The notes under the pieces: generated by a model
The model's database searches: none
Seen by the model: the letters and a program-made list of their open reading frames with translations, nothing else
What the model was told of the DNA's origin: nothing
Shown: one piece after another, positions 1 to 9,146 of the stretch
How positions within the stretch are numbered: the stretch's first letter is position 1
Layout: each line of letters begins with the position of its first letter
Position numbers and translations under genes: made by a program
Origin: an uncultured Verrucomicrobiae bacterium
GTDB lineage: Bacteria; Verrucomicrobiota; Verrucomicrobiia; Limisphaerales; Palsa-1400
DNA length: 64,000 nucleotides
Direction: 5' to 3'
Assembly (NCBI GenBank): GCA_963764165.1
Contig: CAVXRD010000002.1
Span: 1,344,001-1,408,000 of the forward strand

Positions 1-678
1 CGCAAGACTGCCGATCAATGGGCGTTCCTCGTGGCCCGGCTTGAGGCGAAAATCTTTCTTTAGTTTTGACAGCCAAAGAGGATGCCCGCCGTAAAGATCG
101 TCGGCCACGATCGGGAACTTCAGATATTTCAAATGCACGCGGATTTGGTGGGTGCGGCCCGTCAGCGGACGGCACTCCAACAGTGTGTAATCGTCAAAGG
201 ACTCCCTGACTGAAAATTCCGTGCGCGACCGTTTCCCATCCTTCGGATCGACGCGCATGTAACCGACACGCAGCGCATGCGGCGCGAGCTTCGCATCGCA
301 TTCGAATCTCGGCTGCGGCGGGATGCCTTCGACCAGCGCGACGTAAATTTTCACGGGCTTCTCTGAGCCGAATTGGGTGGCGAGCGACACCAGCGCAGGC
401 TTGTCTTTGGCCAGGAGAATCACGCCAGTCGTTTGGAAATCGAGACGGTGCGCGTTCATCAGATAAGTCAGCACGCGTTGTTTGGCCCAGGGCGCGCCGC
501 GCTCGATGTCTCGATGCAGCAGCTTCATCAGGTTCGGCCGCGCCGCATCGTAACGGTCCGGGGAAGTCAGAAGTCCCGCTGGCTTGCTCAGCGCCAGCAG
601 GCGGTCGTCCTCAAAAAGAACCGGAATTTTCCAGAATTCAGATGTCGCCGGAGAGGAAAGTTTGATGATCTCGATCAC
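1..678 (-). CDS. RluA-family pseudouridine synthase (3' end runs off the window)
   Basis: Manual translation from GTG at 678 gives VIEIIKLSSP...LALSKPAGLL...HRLDFQTTG...TGRTHQIRVH, the RluA catalytic HRLD and GRTHQIR motifs. Not in the ORF track because it is incomplete. Confidence 0.9.
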   Translation of the reverse strand, partial: MIEIIKLSSPATSEFWKIPVLFEDDRLLALSKPAGLLTSPDRYDAARPNLMKLLHRDIERGAPWAKQRVLTYLMNAHRLDFQTTGVILLAKDKPALVSLATQFGSEKPVKIYVALVEGIPPQPRFECDAKLAPHALRVGYMRVDPKDGKRSRTEFSVRESFDDYTLLECRPLTGRTHQIRVHLKYLKFPIVADDLYGGHPLWLSKLKKDFRLKPGHEERPLIGSLA

Positions 679-695
679 GCATCCCCTCGCGGGGC

Positions 696-2408
696 TCAGT
701 TTTCCGGCGCGGGAACGAGGCGCAGTTGCAACTGCTTGTTCAGCCAGCCCGAGAACGCGGCGACCTCGCGCTGCTCGCGCATGCGGGCCAGGAACATCGG
801 CATTTCCGCCGCCATCTTCGCTTCGTCGACCGGCAGGCGATCTTTCAGATAGGCCACCACACCGCCGTCTGCCGTTTCGAGGAAACGCGTGCTCTGGCCT
901 GTCGGCAGAGGGAAGATGGACTGCATCACTTCCGAGAACGTGGCGCGGTCAAGCTCCGGCGGAACATTGGTCGTCGTCAACGCAAACGGGGGAAGCGTGA
1001 TGGGCTTCAAACCCTGGGCGGCGCAAATCGCGTCGAAGGGCTTGCCTTGCGCCAAACCAACTTGGACAGCCGAGGCAAACTTCTCTCCGGCGTCTTTGGC
1101 GGCAGCGGTCGCGTTGAACTCGCGATAATCCTTGACCACCTGATCGCGCACGGCGGCAAACGGTTGCACCTCGCTTGGTATGCGTTTGTTCAAGCCCGCC
1201 ACATAAACGGCGGTCTCGCTGACCAGCGGCGATTGAATATACAGCGCGGATTTCTCCGGATCGTTGGTGGCTTCGGGGTCGCCGGGCGCATAATCATGCA
1301 GCGAGAAAAGAGCCTGCAAGGCGCGCGGCGGCAGATTAAGCTCGTTGGTGCTCGTGCGGGCATCGAACGGCTTCGTCGTTTTGAACGGCAGGTTGCGTTC
1401 CTTGGCCAATTTCTCGAGATCCGTAACTGCGTACGGGTGCGCGTCATCGTGTCCTTGCACGAACGCGTTGAGGAAAACGATGGCGTCTTTGCGGGCTTCC
1501 CCCAGCTCGGCGTAAAGAACCAATTGGCTTTTGATTCTGGCCAGCGCGTTCGTCAGGCTCAACACCTGGCCCGACTCATCTTTAAATGTGTCGGGGCCTT
1601 GCTGATTGTATACTTGATTGGCCCGCTCATCGAGATTGGTTCCGAGCACGGCATCGGCCCTGGCGGCGTAATTGCTGGGGAAGAATGGAACGTAATTGAT
1701 CACCAGGCGCTCCGGCACGCGATATTCCGCTTCGTGCTTGGCGTAATGATCCTGCAAGTCAGCGCTGGACGGCGCGGCGGCGCTCACGTAATTGGACGTC
1801 AGGAATTTGACGACTTCCGCCGCCATCGGTTGATTTTCGCGGCGATAAAAGAATTCCTCCTCTTTCGGCGTAATAAGTTCGCCCGAGGTGCCAAACAGCG
1901 CCATGAGATATTCCTGCCCCGCTTGCTGGCGCGCAAAATTATCGAGGTCGGTCCAGCCGAGGCCCCCTCGGCCCAACTCCGTTTGCACCCACTGGTTCAA
2001 TTTGTCCTGGGCGATGGCTTGGCCCGGCGGGATCTGCAGAAGTTCGCGCAGGACGCGGGCCGCCGCGGCGGTCGTGGGCGTAATTTTATATTCCTTGAGC
2101 AAGGACTGAATCACCAGGTTTTGCTCCGCGAGCCGGCGGATTTGCTTCTGCTGTTCCTGGGTTTCTGGCCAGGAGCCGGAACGAATGCGCCAGAAAAGAG
2201 TCGCTTGCCGCTCCGCGGCGCCCATTTCCGCTGGCGTGACCTTCTCTCCGTTGACAGATCCCAAATCGGGCCCCGGTGGGCCTCCGAACAGGCTTCCGCC
2301 CCCGCCATTCCTCTGGTTGGGGCTAAAGTAAACCACGAATGAGATAATGGTCGCGGCAATGACCAAACCCCACAGCCAGTTCTGGTGCTTTCGAATTGTG
2401 CCTATCAT
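696..2408 (-). CDS. SurA N-terminal domain / PpiD-like membrane-anchored chaperone
   Basis: Begins MIGTIRKHQNWLWGLVIAATIISFVVYF, then G.VNGEKVT, typical of PpiD/SurA_N N-termini. Start taken at ATG 2408. Confidence 0.75.
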   Translation of the reverse strand: MIGTIRKHQNWLWGLVIAATIISFVVYFSPNQRNGGGGSLFGGPPGPDLGSVNGEKVTPAEMGAAERQATLFWRIRSGSWPETQEQQKQIRRLAEQNLVIQSLLKEYKITPTTAAAARVLRELLQIPPGQAIAQDKLNQWVQTELGRGGLGWTDLDNFARQQAGQEYLMALFGTSGELITPKEEEFFYRRENQPMAAEVVKFLTSNYVSAAAPSSADLQDHYAKHEAEYRVPERLVINYVPFFPSNYAARADAVLGTNLDERANQVYNQQGPDTFKDESGQVLSLTNALARIKSQLVLYAELGEARKDAIVFLNAFVQGHDDAHPYAVTDLEKLAKERNLPFKTTKPFDARTSTNELNLPPRALQALFSLHDYAPGDPEATNDPEKSALYIQSPLVSETAVYVAGLNKRIPSEVQPFAAVRDQVVKDYREFNATAAAKDAGEKFASAVQVGLAQGKPFDAICAAQGLKPITLPPFALTTTNVPPELDRATFSEVMQSIFPLPTGQSTRFLETADGGVVAYLKDRLPVDEAKMAAEMPMFLARMREQREVAAFSGWLNKQLQLRLVPAPEN

Positions 2409-2560
2409 ACTAAATAATGAGTCGCAACGCGCCTCTCGACCGGTCATCCGGCAATTGGCGCGGACGGTCATATTAATTAGAAAAGGGATTAGCGCAAGCA
2501 CGGAAAGGGACTTTCCAAGTGGTCGCTCACCGGGCTCTATCGCACCCTTGGCTGGCCAGG

Positions 2561-4843
2561 CTACGGCAACGCGCGATCCCGAAAAGGCCGCCGCATTTTG
2601 TAACTCTCCAATTGCGCCTGCATCGCCTTCGCCAGCGCTGTGTTGCCTTGCTGTGTGGCCAGTTCAATGGCGCGATCCGCGGCGCTGACGGCCTCTGTGA
2701 AGTTCCCGGTTTCCGCGCAGGAAGCCGCGAGGACTTCCACGATGGCAGGGTTCGTGCCGCCGGTGAGCTGGTCAAGCTGCCGCGCCGCATTCAACGCCTC
2801 CGCCCCGTTTCGAAGATTGTCCCGCGGGGAGGTCGAAAGAATCCACGCGACGCGGGAAAGGCTGTTGCGCGGTGTCGCGGAATTTGGATCCAGCGCGATA
2901 AGTTTCTTAAATTCAACCAGGGCATCCATGACCCGCCCTTGGCGAAGAAACGCATTTCCCAAATTGAAATGGGCGGGGGCATAATCAGGCCGCGCCTTCA
3001 AGGCCGCCTCCAAATGCGCAATGGCTTCATCGATTCTCCCCTGCCCTAACTGCAAGTTGCCGATGTTGTTTTCGGCTTCGACAAATTTTGGATTGAGGCG
3101 CACCGCCTCCATGAACTCGGCTTCCGCCTCCTGCGCGCGCGATTGCCGAAGCAATAGGTTGCCCAGGTTGTAATAGCCTTGGGCGTCGGGTTGCCGGTCC
3201 AGGACAGCTTGAAACTCGGCAATGGCTTCGTTGGTGCGGCCGTTGCGCAAATATGCGCCGGCGGCGGTATCGTGAAATTTCGGCAAATCGTCGCGAAGCT
3301 TCAATGCCGATTGCGCCATGGCAAGCCCTTGTTCCGCGTCACCCTTTTGCAGGAGCGCGACCGCGAGATTTCGCATGGCTTCCGGGAAGTGCGGACGCGC
3401 TTTGAGGGCCAGGCGAAATTCCTCGATGGCCGCATCCGCTTTGTCCTGGCGCAAATAAACAGCGCCAAGATTATTGTGCGCTTCAGCGTTATCAGGCCGC
3501 AATTTTATCGAGGCTTTGATATGCCTGGCGGCCTTGTCCAAATCTCCGCTATCGAAATACAAAGCGCCAAGATCATCCTCCGCGAGCCAGCAGGATGGAT
3601 TGCGGGCCAGCGTGGTTTCCCAAAGAGTTTGCACGTTCGTGTAGATGCGGCTTTCACGCCACGTCAGCACCGCCAGCAATGCGAGCAGCGCGGCGCAAAA
3701 TGTTTTCTCGATCGCTTCCCGGCGTTGGTGAAGCTGGCGGAAAGCAAGGTCAATGGCGGCGCAGCCCAGAACAATTATTCCGATGCCCGCCAAATACTGA
3801 AAGTGATCCGCCACAAACGAGTAGCGGAACGGAAACACATCAAAAAATCCAAGCGCTGGAAAAAGCGTCCCGGCAAAAAACAATAGCGCCGCCACCGGCC
3901 CGCGCGACCAACCTCGAGCCAGCCAGGCAATGACAATCACAAATATCGCCAGCAGCGGAAACGCATACTGCCAAGGCGCCTGCGAATGGATGTCCCAATG
4001 CGGATAAATGAATATCAATTCGGCGGGCCACACGATCTTGCCGAAGTAAAAACAAACCACGCGCCCGGCGATCAAGCATCGCTCGATGAAATTGTAATTG
4101 AAATCCGAACCACGCGCGCCGTTGACCGCCGTTTCCATGTGAGAGGTGAAGAGCCCCGCCGCCATTCCCACCGCAAAAAAAGGAATCAGCCAAACGGCAT
4201 CCCGCTTCCACGACAAAGTTCCCCGCTCCCACCAAAAAACAACCAGCAACGCCGCCGGCAGTGTCGCGATGACCGTCTTCGCCATCAACCCCGCCGCGAA
4301 AATCAGGAACGCCGCCGCATAAGCGCGCTTGTCGCGCGTCTTGTCGAATCGCAGATAGATCAGCGCGGCTCCCAGATAACAAACGGCCGAGAGCGTGTTC
4401 TTCAATTCAGAAATCCACGCCACGGATTCCACTTCAATCGGATGCAGCGCGAACACGGACGCGGCGATCCACGCACCGGGAATTTGCAGCCGCGCCAGAA
4501 TTTGAAACAGCAAAAATGCCGCGAGGAGGTGCAGCGAAATGTTCACCAAATGATAGCCCAACGTCGATTGCCCCCAAATTTTGTCCTCGATCCAGAAGGC
4601 GGTGTGAACGAGCGGATAGTATTGCTGCGTCGTTCCCGGCGATGTCCAAGTATGCACCAACCCCTCCCAGGATCGCCTGACAGGCGGTGTCATATGCGCA
4701 TCGTCGTCCCAAATCGGCTGGCCGCGCCACGCTGGCTGGAAGGCGGCGAACGTCACGACAGCGAGCAGAACGAACCACTTCCACCGTCCCGCCGGCGGGG
4801 AAGATGGATGGGCCGATTCAGGTTCTGTCGTCGCGACCGCCAC
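2561..4843 (-). CDS. TMTC-like multi-TM glycosyltransferase with C-terminal TPR repeats
   Basis: WDDD motif, YYPL, HPIEVESVAWISE, ADHFQYLA, followed by repeated AHNNLG-type TPRs. Confidence 0.8.
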   Translation of the reverse strand: MAVATTEPESAHPSSPPAGRWKWFVLLAVVTFAAFQPAWRGQPIWDDDAHMTPPVRRSWEGLVHTWTSPGTTQQYYPLVHTAFWIEDKIWGQSTLGYHLVNISLHLLAAFLLFQILARLQIPGAWIAASVFALHPIEVESVAWISELKNTLSAVCYLGAALIYLRFDKTRDKRAYAAAFLIFAAGLMAKTVIATLPAALLVVFWWERGTLSWKRDAVWLIPFFAVGMAAGLFTSHMETAVNGARGSDFNYNFIERCLIAGRVVCFYFGKIVWPAELIFIYPHWDIHSQAPWQYAFPLLAIFVIVIAWLARGWSRGPVAALLFFAGTLFPALGFFDVFPFRYSFVADHFQYLAGIGIIVLGCAAIDLAFRQLHQRREAIEKTFCAALLALLAVLTWRESRIYTNVQTLWETTLARNPSCWLAEDDLGALYFDSGDLDKAARHIKASIKLRPDNAEAHNNLGAVYLRQDKADAAIEEFRLALKARPHFPEAMRNLAVALLQKGDAEQGLAMAQSALKLRDDLPKFHDTAAGAYLRNGRTNEAIAEFQAVLDRQPDAQGYYNLGNLLLRQSRAQEAEAEFMEAVRLNPKFVEAENNIGNLQLGQGRIDEAIAHLEAALKARPDYAPAHFNLGNAFLRQGRVMDALVEFKKLIALDPNSATPRNSLSRVAWILSTSPRDNLRNGAEALNAARQLDQLTGGTNPAIVEVLAASCAETGNFTEAVSAADRAIELATQQGNTALAKAMQAQLESYKMRRPFRDRALP

Positions 4844-4934
4844 AGGCGGATTCTAAAAATTTACCGCGAAAAGAAAAGACATTGCGGCGGTGGCCGCAGA
4901 TGGACGCAGATCCACGCTGATTTTCTAGCGGCAA

Positions 4935-4962
4935 CGGGTGAAGGGAATCGTACCTTGGCGTC
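4935..4962 (-). repeat. Degenerate tRNA-Gly 3' fragment (att-like), copy 1
   Basis: CGGGTGAAGGGAATCGTACCTTGGCGTC, similar to the copies at 5768 and 10661. Confidence 0.6.
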
Positions 4963-4969
4963 GATTTCT

Positions 4970-5519
4970 TCACAGTGATTTGCTCGCCTTTCGCCATTCG
5001 CTTTCCACATGGATCCGAACAGACCATTCGTTCAATGCGAGGCGGTCCAACTGCCCGCCAGAAACAGCCAGAATGGAGCGAATGTCACGCAGATGTTTGT
5101 CAGGTCCGCCCTCACGATAGTACTCGAGCTTGCGAAGAATGACATATTCGGGCGGGGCCACAGTGACGCTTTCGGCTCCAACGGTATAGGTTCGGATGCG
5201 GCCAAAGGCCCAGGCGTGAAGTTCGTCGCGCCCCGCAAGATAGAAATCCGCTTTTAGTCCGGAATCGACGTGAATAATGTTGAAATGACCCCGGTCGCGC
5301 GCCAGTTCTTGGAGGATCGCCTCCGGCGGAGGAACATAGAAATTACATCCCCGCTAATCTGGCCGCGTCGGCGGAGCGGAGAAAAGCAAACAAATCAATG
5401 TCGTGCGTCAAGCGGGGTTCGCCATAGAGCATGGCCGCCACACTGCCGCTAATAAGATACCGAATGCGCGCCCGGTTCAACGGCTGCACGAAAATCTCAA
5501 TCAAGTCAGGTTCGAGCAT
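4970..5519 (-). pseudogene. Frameshifted nucleotidyltransferase-fold protein (putative TA component)
   Basis: MLEPDL...YLISGSVAAMLYGEPRLTHDIDL (GS..A/DxD motif) stops at TAA 5343-5345. The sequence continues in another frame as FYVPPPE...KADFY...APPEYVILRKLEYYREGG..KHLRDI to 4970. Confidence 0.75.
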
Positions 5520-5706
5520 TGGAGAAAATCTCGCGGACCTCTTTTTGAATCCTGAGTTCCGGCCAATCGGGGTGAAGGGATCGCAGGAACGCGGCCTTGT
5601 GCCGGCGCATCGTCCAGTAGAGACGGTGCGCCGCGCGCCAGCGCAGCTCCGGTGTCATGCGGCGAAACAACGCAATTTGTTCGGAGCTCGGCTGTTCGTC
5701 CAGCAT
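5506..5706 (-). CDS. Small helical protein, probable partner (antitoxin-like) of the downstream nucleotidyltransferase
   Basis: 66 aa with RRMTPE.R...HPDW motifs. Its stop overlaps the start of the NTase gene. Confidence 0.65.
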   Translation of the reverse strand: MLDEQPSSEQIALFRRMTPELRWRAAHRLYWTMRRHKAAFLRSLHPDWPELRIQKEVREIFSNART

Positions 5707-5767
5707 GGGAGCAATGTATGCCTCGATTCCTGCGGAGCCAAGCCGGTTTTCCGCAGATTAGCCACGC

Positions 5768-5797
5768 AGCGGGTGAAGGGAATCGAACCCTCGTGTC
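5768..5797 (-). repeat. tRNA-Gly 3' fragment (att-like), copy 2
   Basis: Reverse complement reads GACACGAGGGTTCGATTCCCTTCACCCGCT, a T-arm plus acceptor 3' strand. Identical to 10664-10693. Confidence 0.8.
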
Positions 5798-5824
5798 GCT
5801 AGTGGTGTAAAGTGGTAAATAGCG

Positions 5825-6010
5825 TTAAGAATGCTGATCCGAGGACTGCTTGTTCGGGTTATGCCCTGTATCCTTGGGAGTGAAGCTTAGACATTGAAGC
5901 TGTTGAGGCGCATCCTTGAGTCTTGAATTCTTGTGAGCATTGGAAGCCATCGCCGTGGCCACAATCTGAATGGCCGACCAGTCAATGAGTTCTGCCAAGA
6001 GTGAGGTCAT
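5825..6010 (-). pseudogene. Truncated third copy of the alpha/beta-hydrolase (N-terminus only)
   Basis: MTSLLAELIDWSAIQ matches MIAPLAKLMDWSAIQ of its neighbours, with the same ATGA overlap. Ends just before the att fragment. Confidence 0.7.
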
Positions 6011-6987
6011 GCGTTGTTTTTTCGACCGGCTTCCAACCTCGGTGTCAGCCAGTCAAGCACACGACCCGTCAACCCCGGCACGAACCCGCAACAAACGCCG
6101 ACGTGTCCGTGCGGCAACCGCCAGATGTCGGGTTGTCCCCACGACTGCCAGAGATTCTCGACATCTTCCTTCGGCACGAACATATCATGGATCCCCTCAA
6201 TCAATAAAATATTATCCTTAGCGATGGCTGGCTGGGACGAGGTCAAATTCAACGCAGACAAATTCAATTTCTCGCACACCTCGCGCAGGCCCTGCAATCT
6301 CCGCCGAATACAAGGTCGAATGGCTTGCTGCTCCATCCAAGGATTCATACGCACGGCGGGCGCGGCCAGAACGACAGAGTGCAGGCGCGCATCGCAGCAG
6401 ACCGCCATCCCCGCATACCATGCGCCCATCGAAACACCCCACAGCGTTACGGCGGGACAGCCTTCCTTCACTAGCCAGCCGGTCAGTGCCCGAATTTCAG
6501 CAATCGCCTGTGTTGCTGTTTTCGCAATCATCAAGCAATCCATGTTGCCACTCGCCTTCAGTTGACGCGGACGGCGTTGAAAGTGATAAGGTGCGACCAA
6601 CGTCACCACGTTGAGTCCCATTCGATTGCAACGGCGGCCGATTAATGGAAATCTGAAATGGTATTCAGGGAAGTCACCAGCACCATGTAACAGAACGATC
6701 ACAGGTCGTTCCTGCCAGCGCTCCCGACAGCGGTAGAGCCGGCCATAAACAGTATTGTTCCCGGCAAAGTCGCTCTGTTGCGGCGTTGGAAAACGAAAGC
6801 GCACTCCTGATTCGTCGGGATCGAACTCAACTTGCGCGGGTTGGCCTTCGACGGGCAAGGAGTCCGGCATTTTCACGAATTTGAGCGCCTCTTCCGTGCG
6901 CGGGCTTAGTGCATTGGTGCTCGGCATCAGCATGGTCGTAGCCTGAATGGCCGACCAGTCCATCAATTTTGCCAAGGGCGCGATCAT
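6007..6987 (-). CDS. Alpha/beta-hydrolase (ABHD18/DUF2048-like)
   Basis: VLLHG, nucleophile elbow GVSMG, D..V and GH motifs. Confidence 0.85.
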   Translation of the reverse strand: MIAPLAKLMDWSAIQATTMLMPSTNALSPRTEEALKFVKMPDSLPVEGQPAQVEFDPDESGVRFRFPTPQQSDFAGNNTVYGRLYRCRERWQERPVIVLLHGAGDFPEYHFRFPLIGRRCNRMGLNVVTLVAPYHFQRRPRQLKASGNMDCLMIAKTATQAIAEIRALTGWLVKEGCPAVTLWGVSMGAWYAGMAVCCDARLHSVVLAAPAVRMNPWMEQQAIRPCIRRRLQGLREVCEKLNLSALNLTSSQPAIAKDNILLIEGIHDMFVPKEDVENLWQSWGQPDIWRLPHGHVGVCCGFVPGLTGRVLDWLTPRLEAGRKNNA

Positions 6988-7952
6988 GCGTTGTTTTTTC
7001 TACTGGTTTCCAACCTCGGCATTAACCAACGCAGGACGCGTCCCGTCAAACCTGGCACGAACCCACAACAAATGGCGACGTGCCCATGCGGCAACCGCCA
7101 AATGTCAGGCTGTCCCCACGCTTCCCAGACGTCCTCGATATCATCCTGGGAACAGAGTGAATCATGAATCCCTTCTATCAATAGAATTCCTTCCCGGGAG
7201 ATTGCTGGCCGGATCATTTTCAAATTGATCGGTGTCAGATTCAACGAGTCGCACAGCGCGCGAACGGTCTGCATTCTCCGCCTAATGCGAGGCCTGACGG
7301 CGAGTTGTTCCACTGCGGGTCTGAGGCAAACGCGGGGGCACGCCATAACGACGGCGGCCAGCCGCGCATCGTGACACGCGGTCAACCCTGCTTCACCCGC
7401 TCCCAGCGAATAGCCCCACAGCGCAACCGCGGGGCACCCTTCGCGCAGCAGCCACCCGGCGAGGGCGCGAATCTCGGCGATGCCCTGAGCCGTTCTTTGC
7501 GCCCAAAAGACGCAATCCCCGGTGTCAAACTCCGAGAGCTGAGGCGGACAGCGTTGAAAGTGGTAAGGCAGCACCAGCGTGGCGACGTTGAATCCCGCGC
7601 GATTACAGCGGCGGGCGATCACTGGAAATCTGAGATTATAACTGGCGGAGTCGTTGTATCCAGGCAGTAGAATAATCACGGGCCGCTCCCGCCATTGTTC
7701 ACCGCAGCGATAAAGTCGTCCATGAACGACATTGTTTTCCGGAAATTCGCATGGCTGGGCCGTAGGAAAGCGGAAGTGGAGAGGTCCGTTAAATTCAACC
7801 TGCGCCGGTTGACTGTCCGTGGGAACGAAGTCGGCACTCTTCAGAAACTGAACCGCTTCCTCCAGTCTGGGTTTATGCTCTATGGCGGGCATCATCAGTG
7901 TCATTAACTGAATGGATGACCAATCCATCAATTTTGCCAAAGGCGCAATCAT
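6984..7952 (-). CDS. Alpha/beta-hydrolase, tandem paralog
   Basis: GYSLG nucleophile. C-terminus WGQPDIWRLPHGHV is shared with 6007-6987. Confidence 0.85.
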   Translation of the reverse strand: MIAPLAKLMDWSSIQLMTLMMPAIEHKPRLEEAVQFLKSADFVPTDSQPAQVEFNGPLHFRFPTAQPCEFPENNVVHGRLYRCGEQWRERPVIILLPGYNDSASYNLRFPVIARRCNRAGFNVATLVLPYHFQRCPPQLSEFDTGDCVFWAQRTAQGIAEIRALAGWLLREGCPAVALWGYSLGAGEAGLTACHDARLAAVVMACPRVCLRPAVEQLAVRPRIRRRMQTVRALCDSLNLTPINLKMIRPAISREGILLIEGIHDSLCSQDDIEDVWEAWGQPDIWRLPHGHVAICCGFVPGLTGRVLRWLMPRLETSRKNNA

Positions 7953-7979
7953 AGTTGGGGCCTTGTTTTCGACTCCCTC

Positions 7980-9146
7980 TCAATAAAACAGTGGCATGAA
8001 TTGCCCGATGGCGCAGCTCGCAAAGATGGCCATGGCAATGTCGCCATCTCGCCTCGACCCGCCTCGAGTGGCGATTCTGCCCACCAGAGTGCTCGGCAAC
8101 AACAACAACGTACTGATTGCCAAGGTGCACATGAGTGTGGCAAAAAGAAAAATGTGTGTTGCGAAGGCAACTGTCAGGCAACCAAGCGCCAATATCCCGG
8201 TGACCACCACCAGGCTCCATCGGGGCAACCGCAGCCTGCCGATGCCGGCAAGCGCCAGCCATACAACTGCCAAGGCAGCAAAATACGCGGGGAGGCGGCG
8301 CAGTTGCAGGCTTACTCCCACCCACAGCCCCAGAGTCAGAAAGAGAGCGATGAGTAGAGCGGCAGGAACAATAAACCCGCGAAGTCGTGCCAGGCGGGGA
8401 TGAAGTTCAGGCAGGCGAAACATCAAGACCAACGCGCCCGCCATTCCCAGCACAAGACCGGCGAACCGCCACCGCCACGCGGTCGGAGCAGCGGGGACTG
8501 GTTTGCCGACAGCCGCGCATGCGGCTGTGACCGCCGCCCTCACAAGCACTGGATCGTAGGCTTCGCCAATGTGCTCGCACCAGGGAGAAATGACAACCTG
8601 CGCATCCGATCGGGCTCTCAACTGGGCTGGTCGAAAAAGTTCATCAAATAAACCTCCCAACAAAAGCAGCGGCGGCCCGTGCTCGCCCAACTTGACCGGG
8701 GCGCCGACCCCAATAAAGAGCTTGGGGCGAAATCCCGCTTTGTTCACGCTCCAGCCCCCAACACCACCGCCAAGCGAATGGCCGATGAAAACACCCACCG
8801 CTCCAAGCGCCCGCGCAGTCTCTTCGAAGTTGCGATCGATGTTGGTGAGCGAACAAGGCAGCGGCGATTCTCCATATCCGGCCAGATCCACGGAATAGCA
8901 CTCAAAACCAGCGGCGGCGAGCGCCTCGCCGAAACGAAACATCATTTCTTTCGAGCCGCCGTTTCCGTGAGCGAGCAGCGCAATCGGATACGGGCGGGGC
9001 GACACGGGAAAAATTCGAAGCGCGGGAGTGTTTGTCGTCAGCGTTATTTTTTCGACGCGAACGCCCGGCTCGATCCGATGTGAAAGCACAACGCCGATGA
9101 CCAAACAAATTGTGGCGATTCCGACGATGATCCACTTCCTACTCAT
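7980..9146 (-). CDS. Membrane-anchored alpha/beta-hydrolase with C-terminal multi-TM domain
   Basis: N-terminal TM, LLAHG, GHSLG, several C-terminal hydrophobic helices. Start taken at MSRKWII. Confidence 0.75.
   Translation of the reverse strand: MSRKWIIVGIATICLVIGVVLSHRIEPGVRVEKITLTTNTPALRIFPVSPRPYPIALLAHGNGGSKEMMFRFGEALAAAGFECYSVDLAGYGESPLPCSLTNIDRNFEETARALGAVGVFIGHSLGGGVGGWSVNKAGFRPKLFIGVGAPVKLGEHGPPLLLLGGLFDELFRPAQLRARSDAQVVISPWCEHIGEAYDPVLVRAAVTAACAAVGKPVPAAPTAWRWRFAGLVLGMAGALVLMFRLPELHPRLARLRGFIVPAALLIALFLTLGLWVGVSLQLRRLPAYFAALAVVWLALAGIGRLRLPRWSLVVVTGILALGCLTVAFATHIFLFATLMCTLAISTLLLLPSTLVGRIATRGGSRRDGDIAMAIFASCAIGQFMPLFY

Noticed and set aside
726..2342. 538-aa plus-strand ORF, and similar long antisense ORFs (30590-31993, 38637-39980, 48072-49415, 53801-55156)
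   Set aside because: Shadow frames opposite well-supported genes in GC-rich DNA, with no recognisable motifs.
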